Below are positions 58,936 to 64,000 of a DNA stretch of 64,000 nucleotides, piece after piece (position 1 is the first letter of the stretch; each line of letters starts with the position of its first letter). Made by a program: the position numbers and the translations under genes. The notes under the pieces are model-generated. The model saw only the letters and a program-made list of their open reading frames with translations. It searched no databases and was not told where the DNA came from. The stretch comes from Nitrospirota bacterium. Lineage in GTDB: Bacteria; Nitrospirota; UBA9217. The DNA is taken from positions 3,191,002 to 3,255,001 of the forward strand of contig OY760142.1 in NCBI GenBank assembly GCA_963663225.1, written 5' to 3'.

Positions 58936-59154
58936 CTCCACTTTGTACTGACCCCCGACGTTCCGGAATCGGGTAGTTTTCCGGGCAGGTGTCGCCCTTT
59001 ATAAACCCGGTAGGCCAGTCTCTTGGGAGTAGCTTCAGGTCGTCACCTACCTCGCTACCTTATTCCCTCACCTGGCTCAGACCTCACTAGTAGAGGGCTA
59101 CCGGGGTGATACGTTGGCGATCCCTGTACTCCGAGCTATGACAGATTTGTGGAG
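58936..59154 (-). ncRNA. Candidate structured non-coding RNA
   Basis: GC-rich gap with no ORF-track entry; nested stems CTCCAC/GTGGAG, CCCGGTAG/CTACCGGG, GCCAG/CTGGC, GGGA/TCCC, GTAGC/GCTAC, plus hairpins. Confidence 0.5.
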
Positions 59155-59163
59155 CCTTGGGGA

Positions 59164-59400
59164 TCAGATTTTTACATGAGACTTATTTTGACGTTTTCTT
59201 TCTGCTTCCATCTTTGAGCAATAGCCGGACAAAATACCGTATTTATCTCTAGGCCTGGTATCTGTGTAGCTAATAAGCTTTATTCCATGGTTCCAGAACC
59301 AACGGTGTTTTTCAGGAGTATCAGAAATTGGCCTAGTAGGCCCGGTGTGCTTAACCCCGTTTCCCAAGAGATTCCTTTTTACTATTCTAAATACGCTCAC
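59164..59400 (-). CDS. Hypothetical protein
   Basis: ORF track, early-right operon orientation. Confidence 0.45.
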   Translation of the reverse strand: MSVFRIVKRNLLGNGVKHTGPTRPISDTPEKHRWFWNHGIKLISYTDTRPRDKYGILSGYCSKMEAERKRQNKSHVKI

Positions 59401-59587
59401 TTCATTTCCTTTCTCAGATACACAAATAAGCTGCTGACAATAAAAAAACTGTTACGATAATGTACTTTCCAAAATTCTTAAACTGCTTCTTATACCGCTC
59501 TTCCCTTCTTTCTTCTACGCAGTCGGGACAATAATCTAAATCAAAATACGTTCCATGTTCTGAGCAGGTGTTAAACATAGTGGCCTC

Positions 59588-60130
59588 CTATCTCATTACT
59601 GCTTTTACAAATGCTATTGCCGTTAAATAATCATGCTGATGCTTTGTGTCCTTGTGTTTTTTTGATACAGATAGTTTAAAATTATCTACTGTATCGAAAT
59701 AACAACCAGTTTTAACGTAAATACCCTTATCTGTGTTATAGGCAGTCATGTAGGATTGGCGGGAACCTATTGGGCCTATAATTAGGACATTATTGTTTGT
59801 TTTAAGAATAAGCTTTTCTCCATTCGCCCCTCCGAGATTCGCCCCTCCGAGATACGCCCCTCCGAGATACGCCCCTTCGAGATTCGCCCCTCCGAGATTC
59901 GCCCCTCCGAGATTCGCCCCTCCGAGATACGCCCCTTCGAGATACGCCCCTTCGAGATTCGCCCCTCCGAGATTCGCCCCTCCGAGATACGCCCCTTCGA
60001 GATACGCCCCTTCGAGATACGCCCCTTCGAGATACGCCCGATTTTTTTCTACCGCTTCTTTGATGTTGGTATATTTATTAGCCTCAACAATTACCTGACC
60101 CGTAAATCTGTTTTTTATTGCTTCGTGCAT
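59588..60130 (-). CDS. Pentapeptide-repeat protein
   Basis: IKNRFTG N-terminus, 14 A[YN]L[EG]G repeats, C-terminal GPIGSR...GC.F domain. Confidence 0.88.
   Translation of the reverse strand: MHEAIKNRFTGQVIVEANKYTNIKEAVEKNRAYLEGAYLEGAYLEGAYLGGANLGGANLEGAYLEGAYLGGANLGGANLGGANLEGAYLGGAYLGGANLGGANGEKLILKTNNNVLIIGPIGSRQSYMTAYNTDKGIYVKTGCYFDTVDNFKLSVSKKHKDTKHQHDYLTAIAFVKAVMR
59822..60039. repeat. 15-bp tandem repeat, about 14.5 copies, GCCCCTYCGAGATWC
   Basis: Directly visible; only two positions vary. Confidence 0.95.
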
Positions 60131-60138
60131 ACGGCCTC

Positions 60139-60510
60139 CTATCTTTGAAATAGACTGCCTAAATTATGCTTATCAATTACGGTACGTAAGTATTGCACTT
60201 CTTCCTCTAAGGTTAAGTCTCTCTTCTTGTGAGGTCGTTCAAATCCGAATTTATCGCAAAGGTAAAAAATGACGTGTTCAGGGCCGCAAAGCTCCATAAC
60301 CTTTTCTATTTCTTCGGGACCAAGCTTAACCTCGTTGTTCTCTGGATTTAAAGCGCGGGATAATACCGAACGTGCAGTTTCGGGGTTTCTGGTAGGCCAA
60401 AGCGCACTTGCTACCTGCTTCATTGCCAGCCCTTGCGGGTTTCCGCTTACTGTCTTTTGCAGGGCATCGTATACGTCTTCGTAAAACATTGGATATGTGC
60501 TGTTTGCCAT
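60139..60510 (-). CDS. CII-like regulatory protein
   Basis: Follows cro; [10 protein letters not shown]...LSRALNP...KL HTH-like region. Confidence 0.65.
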   Translation of the reverse strand: MANSTYPMFYEDVYDALQKTVSGNPQGLAMKQVASALWPTRNPETARSVLSRALNPENNEVKLGPEEIEKVMELCGPEHVIFYLCDKFGFERPHKKRDLTLEEEVQYLRTVIDKHNLGSLFQR

Positions 60511-60578
60511 GTTTAACGCTCCTTAAACAAACGTTAATAGACGTTAAGGTACGATTTAGCTTAAAATTTTTTTATGAT

Positions 60579-60770
60579 TCAGACTAATTCAGAAACAGCA
60601 ACTTTTAGAGCTTTGGCGATCCGCTGTAAAACCGGCAGAGTAATCACAACTCTGTTTGTTTCGTACTTGGAAATCATTGACCGATTTCTGGCAATCTTGG
60701 AGGCTAAATCTTGTTGAGAGATACCTTTTGAAACCCTGATTTGTTTTATCTTCTGTCCAATATTATTCAT
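60579..60770 (-). CDS. Cro-like XRE HTH regulator
   Basis: 63 aa; IK.IR..KGISQ.DLA, IS.YE; divergent from the repressor. Confidence 0.85.
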   Translation of the reverse strand: MNNIGQKIKQIRVSKGISQQDLASKIARNRSMISKYETNRVVITLPVLQRIAKALKVAVSELV

Positions 60771-60776
60771 GTTCCC

Positions 60777-60847
60777 ATTATATACTCTTTATTTGTTCCT
60801 GTCAAGAACATAAAAGGAGTTGCTTTAACTTTTTTTTAGCCCATAAT
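60777..60847. promoter_or_regulatory. Divergent PR/PRM-like promoters with operator
   Basis: Minus strand TTGACA (60800-60805), 17 nt, TATAAT (60777-60782). Plus strand TTGCTT, 16 nt, CATAAT (60842-60847). Palindrome TGTTCCTG-T-CAAGAACA at 60794-60810. Confidence 0.75.
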
Positions 60848-60853
60848 ACGCCT

Positions 60854-61300
60854 ATGAAACCAATAGATATGATTCCGAAAGATATACTTAAAAAAATTAG
60901 TGCTATACGAGATGAGAAGGGGATATCCCAGGAGAGTGTGGCAGAGGCTATAAAAACTCCGCGTCCTAATTTATCTAAGAAGGAAAACTGTCATATACCA
61001 ATAACTTTGGGAGAGTTTATAAAATATTGCAGAGAAATAGGTTTAGACCCCAGAGACGCGTTTTCGGAAGACTATAAAAAACCTGAGGTAAAGTACGATG
61101 CAATAGACGCGGAAATTATGCGTTTAGTGAAAACACTTCCCCCATCATCAAAGCGTGATATTCTGAAAAATGTCAAGAAGGAAATAAAACTTCACAGAAT
61201 GAATAATGAAAATACCGATCCAGACATGCTTCATAAATCCGCTGATTCAGCAAAAAATCTTTATCATAAAAATAAAAAGAAGGCTAAATCTTCTGCCTAG
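60854..61300 (+). CDS. CI-like repressor (XRE HTH, no S24 peptidase domain)
   Basis: R.EKGISQE.VAE...R..LSK.EN HTH; divergent from cro. Confidence 0.75.
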   Translation: MKPIDMIPKDILKKISAIRDEKGISQESVAEAIKTPRPNLSKKENCHIPITLGEFIKYCREIGLDPRDAFSEDYKKPEVKYDAIDAEIMRLVKTLPPSSKRDILKNVKKEIKLHRMNNENTDPDMLHKSADSAKNLYHKNKKKAKSSA

Positions 61301-61482
61301 CTATCTTTTTTATCAGGATTTTTTTTAATATCTATTATAATATCCGATATACTTCTTTCTTTAGATAGTGAATCTAAGATGGGATAAAGATACTCTATGA
61401 CATTACTAAAATAATTCTTGTACCTGCATAGTTCGCAATTTTTTACATTTTTTTTAAAATTTAACCTCACCACTTCACCCAT
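61297..61482 (-). CDS. Hypothetical protein convergent with the repressor
   Basis: GGAGG-containing SD; CELC motif. Confidence 0.45.
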   Translation of the reverse strand: MGEVVRLNFKKNVKNCELCRYKNYFSNVIEYLYPILDSLSKERSISDIIIDIKKNPDKKDS

Positions 61483-61548
61483 GATTCCCCTCCCCTAAGA
61501 GATATGATGAGTTTAAATATATCATAAGTATTCAAGGAGCGGAGTGAG

Positions 61549-61782
61549 ATGAAACGCTTACTATGCCTTTTTGGATTACTGCTTATAGCAGGTTGTGTTT
61601 CCAATCATGATATATTAGTCAAAGAAGGAACATGCCCCGTTACCTGCAAGTCATGGGGTTTTGGAGTAACCAGGGTTATTTCTGCCAACCTAATGCAGGA
61701 CTCTTGTATACGAGATTATGAAAGCCAAGGCTACGTTTTACAAAAAGATCAAATAATATCCAAACCAACCCCAACCAAATAA
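61549..61782 (+). CDS. Small lipoprotein
   Basis: MKR, hydrophobic stretch, IAG-C lipobox; GGAG SD. Confidence 0.75.
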   Translation: MKRLLCLFGLLLIAGCVSNHDILVKEGTCPVTCKSWGFGVTRVISANLMQDSCIRDYESQGYVLQKDQIISKPTPTK

Positions 61783-61803
61783 TCCAGAGATGATTTGCAA
61801 ATA

Positions 61804-61836
61804 AGCCCCTTCCTTTCCGGGGCTATTATTTTTTTT
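61804..61836 (+). terminator. Intrinsic terminator after the immunity-region lipoprotein
   Basis: AGCCCC/GGGGCT stem followed by ATTATTTTTTTT. Confidence 0.6.
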
Positions 61837-61839
61837 AAT

Positions 61840-61876
61840 TATGTTCTTGACAAGAACATATGTTAGGGTGTATACT
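61840..61876 (+). promoter_or_regulatory. PL-like promoter with perfect palindromic operator
   Basis: TATGTTCTTG-A-CAAGAACATA (61840-61860) contains TTGACA; TATACT at 61871-61876. Confidence 0.75.
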
Positions 61877-61950
61877 AGGAACATGAAAAACGTAAAACGG
61901 GCAGTTAATAGGAATCCTCCAGAATTATGTAAGGTGGGTGGGGTTGTTTA

Positions 61951-62334
61951 TTAAAAACAACTGTCACCCTCTATGCGCCAACGAACGATTATGTTTGAAT
62001 CATTAACTTCAAAATACGTGTTACACCAAGATTTGAATGTTTGTCCTCCTAGTTGTGTTGTGGTGGAGTCGTAAAGCGTGCTATTACCGATATTGGTAGA
62101 CATACCTGAAGAAATGTATTGATTGGGAATTGTTACTTCGCTTCTGTACTCATAAACATATACTTTATTCCCGTTAGGAGCGGTAAAGGATTTATGAGGA
62201 TACCCCCAGGAATTAGTAAGAGATTCAATATTATACCCCATCCAGGAATTCACTTTATCTCTGTAGGATGCTCTATTTGCGGATGCACAGGCGAAACAAA
62301 ACAAGCATATCAGAATAACTATTATTTTTTTCAT
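61951..62334 (-). CDS. Lipoprotein (SmpA/BamE-like fold) with its own promoter, antisense within the PL transcript
   Basis: MKK, hydrophobic stretch, FA-C; W.G...E.L...WG.P and YVY motifs; upstream TTGAAA, 17 nt, TATATT and GGAGG. Confidence 0.75.
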   Translation of the reverse strand: MKKIIVILICLFCFACASANRASYRDKVNSWMGYNIESLTNSWGYPHKSFTAPNGNKVYVYEYRSEVTIPNQYISSGMSTNIGNSTLYDSTTTQLGGQTFKSWCNTYFEVNDSNIIVRWRIEGDSCF

Positions 62335-62520
62335 ATGGCCTCCTTTTTATGGCTTATGAAAATATATCAAATAAATAATAACTTTTCAACCTCCCCCTCC
62401 TCATCTAATGAGCAGAGCGCGGGAGTAATTGATTAGGCTTCCTGACGGCCTTAAAGATCAGGCCATACTTGTGAAAGTACAGCCCCGTTGAGAGGCGGGG
62501 CAAAAGGAGGGTGCCTAGCC

Positions 62521-62694
62521 ATGCCCGAACCCTGCATACTGGTACTGTTGCACGAAAAAAGATTAGAACTCTGCACCTGTAGGAACAGGCTGTTTACTGT
62601 GCATAATTTCCACGCTCCGGAGTGCGAATATAGGAAATGGGGAGAGAATCACTGCAAAGATGAAGAGAAAAGAAACGGAGGCGCTGAGCAATGA
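62521..62694 (+). CDS. Small Cys/His-containing hypothetical protein
   Basis: AGGAGG SD upstream of ATG 62521; ATGA coupling with the next gene. Confidence 0.5.
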   Translation: MPEPCILVLLHEKRLELCTCRNRLFTVHNFHAPECEYRKWGENHCKDEEKRNGGAEQ

Positions 62695-63041
62695 GAGAAA
62701 AAACCTTAACAATTGACGGTGATTTTAATTTTGAGAATACCACGGTAGGTATCATGGCAGAACTTGTTTACAGTACTAACCGGGACGGCACTATTGATTA
62801 CCTCGACATTCGGAAGATGGAAATTTACAACGAGGAAACCGGAGGCAATGTTGACGCTACTCCGGCTCAGATGACTAAATTCCAGGAGGCCAACTGGAAT
62901 TACCTCGAAAAGAAATGCCTTAAGAACGAGGACTACCTAGCTGAAATGTACCACCAGCAGATGATGGATAACCGGGATGATTATGGGGATTGGGTGTATC
63001 ACAATAGAGTTGACGAATTAATGGAAGGGAGGAGAGTATGA
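62691..63041 (+). CDS. Hypothetical early protein
   Basis: Coupled at both ends; GGAGG SD. Confidence 0.65.
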   Translation: MREKTLTIDGDFNFENTTVGIMAELVYSTNRDGTIDYLDIRKMEIYNEETGGNVDATPAQMTKFQEANWNYLEKKCLKNEDYLAEMYHQQMMDNRDDYGDWVYHNRVDELMEGRRV

Positions 63042-63631
63042 GCTTGACGGCAAAAAATAATGGAGGAGAGTTTGAAAAAGCCCCTGTTGGGGCTCATGTA
63101 GCACGGTGTATTTCGGTTGTGGACTTGGGGACTCAGCACGGAGAGTACCAGGGTACGGCGCACGTTTCCAAAAAGGTATGGATTATGTGGGAACTTCCGA
63201 ATGAAAAAATGGAAGATGGCAGACCATTCGGGGTGTCGGCGTTTTACACAATCAGCCTGAACGAAAAGGCTAATTTGCGGAAAGACCTAGAATCATGGCG
63301 TGGAAGAGCATTTACCAAAGAAGAGCTTGAAGGGTTTAATCTTAAAAACATTCTCGACAAGCCCTGCATGATTTCCGTTATTCACACGGAAAAAGGAAGA
63401 TCGAAAGTAAACGGTGTCATGTCCTTGCCAAAGGGAACCCCTGTGCCTCCGAGAGTAAACGATATTATGTCGTTTGATATTGACGAATGGGACGATATGG
63501 TTTTTGACAAGATACCGGAAGGGATTAAAAAAATTATCATGCAGTCAGATGAATACTTGGGAAGAACGTCAGACCTTGGAAATGGAGTTAGAATATCGGT
63601 GTTAACTGATGAAGGGGAGATTCCATTCTAA
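63038..63631 (+). CDS. Phage ssDNA-binding/replication protein (NGO0469-like family)
   Basis: G.H.ARC..VVDLGTQ, SL.EKANLRKDLESWRG; acidic SSB-like C-terminus DEGEIPF. Confidence 0.75.
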   Translation: MSLTAKNNGGEFEKAPVGAHVARCISVVDLGTQHGEYQGTAHVSKKVWIMWELPNEKMEDGRPFGVSAFYTISLNEKANLRKDLESWRGRAFTKEELEGFNLKNILDKPCMISVIHTEKGRSKVNGVMSLPKGTPVPPRVNDIMSFDIDEWDDMVFDKIPEGIKKIIMQSDEYLGRTSDLGNGVRISVLTDEGEIPF

Positions 63632-64000
63632 TGCAAGCAATAGCGGAACCAAAAATAATAGCTACAGAGCAGGGGCATTGGTATACAAAAGACGGGGTAC
63701 CCTGCTACGAAGTTGAAAACAAAAGCAAGCCCGGAGAGATGCGCCCTACTACGCTCCGGGACGCAAGAAAGCTTGATCTTGTGCCATCGGTTACAAGTGT
63801 CTTGTCTATTCTTGCAAAACCCGGTTTGAACGCCTGGAAAGAAAACCAGATACTTCTTTCCGCTGCTACTGCCCCTTGGGACAGAAATACAATGAGTGCT
63901 AACGAATGGGCGTACAAAGTTCTTACCGATGCACAGGCACAGGCAGAACAGGCGCGGGAAAAAGGGACGGCTATTCATGGATCGATTGAGAAGTATATTT
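63631..64000 (+). CDS. PD-(D/E)XK (Cas4-like) phage exonuclease, 5' part; runs off the window
   Basis: Translated by hand from a TAATG overlap: GHWYTKDG...TTLRDARKL.LVPSVT......KPGL.AW...GTAIH. Confidence 0.75.
   Translation, partial: MQAIAEPKIIATEQGHWYTKDGVPCYEVENKSKPGEMRPTTLRDARKLDLVPSVTSVLSILAKPGLNAWKENQILLSAATAPWDRNTMSANEWAYKVLTDAQAQAEQAREKGTAIHGSIEKYI

Larger units (their letters stand above)
23308..64000. mobile_element. Temperate prophage integrated at the 3' end of selC; continues beyond the window
   Basis: Abrupt shift to AT-rich sequence right after CCA, followed by lysis, virion, terminase, replication, immunity and recombination modules in lambda-like order. Confidence 0.93.

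Noticed and set aside
59822-60039. Tandem repeat as a CRISPR array
   Set aside because: No spacers, and the 15-bp unit is in frame within a protein. The Cas4-like nuclease at 63631 is a stand-alone phage exonuclease in a recombination context.
62440-62480. CTGACGG...GAAA as a hammerhead ribozyme core
   Set aside because: It lacks CUGANGA, and GAAA does not directly follow stem II.
63628-63978. Minus-strand 116-aa and 70-aa ORFs
   Set aside because: Shadows of the plus-strand exonuclease, which the track missed because it has no stop in the window.

Overview
The window has two parts. Bases 1-23307 are an ordinary chromosome segment of a diderm bacterium; the gene set suggests Nitrospirota or a deltaproteobacterium-like lineage, but the taxonomy is a guess. 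This part carries the mltD 3' end, a TPR protein, a PHP protein, a radical SAM protein, NlpC/P60, nfo, ligA, a sigma54 two-component pair, pilD, recG, an HD hydrolase, GGDEF, glcD-like, GH57 with DUF4912 and a KefB/C-type antiporter, and it ends in tRNA-Sec (selC). From 23308 to beyond the window end lies a more AT-rich temperate prophage integrated at the 3' end of selC. It has a lambda-like regulatory layout (cI/cro/cII, palindromic operators, initiator with iterons, nin-like region) and podovirus-like virion genes (terminase, large portal, scaffold, capsid, adaptor, nozzle, three ejection proteins, no tape measure). The integrase and second att site are not in the window. The most notable items are: (i) a 2372-bp IS1-family transporter element with IRs and an 8-bp target duplication that carries an independently expressed Clp/SDH-protease passenger operon; (ii) a late-operon PurD-like ATP-grasp ligase coupled to an unannotated Cys-rich 49-aa peptide, near two papain-fold peptidases; (iii) a roughly 220-nt highly structured candidate ncRNA in the early-right operon; (iv) many apparently leaderless transcripts; (v) a fibre/decoration gene block between terminase and portal. 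All family assignments come from motif recognition by eye, not database searches.
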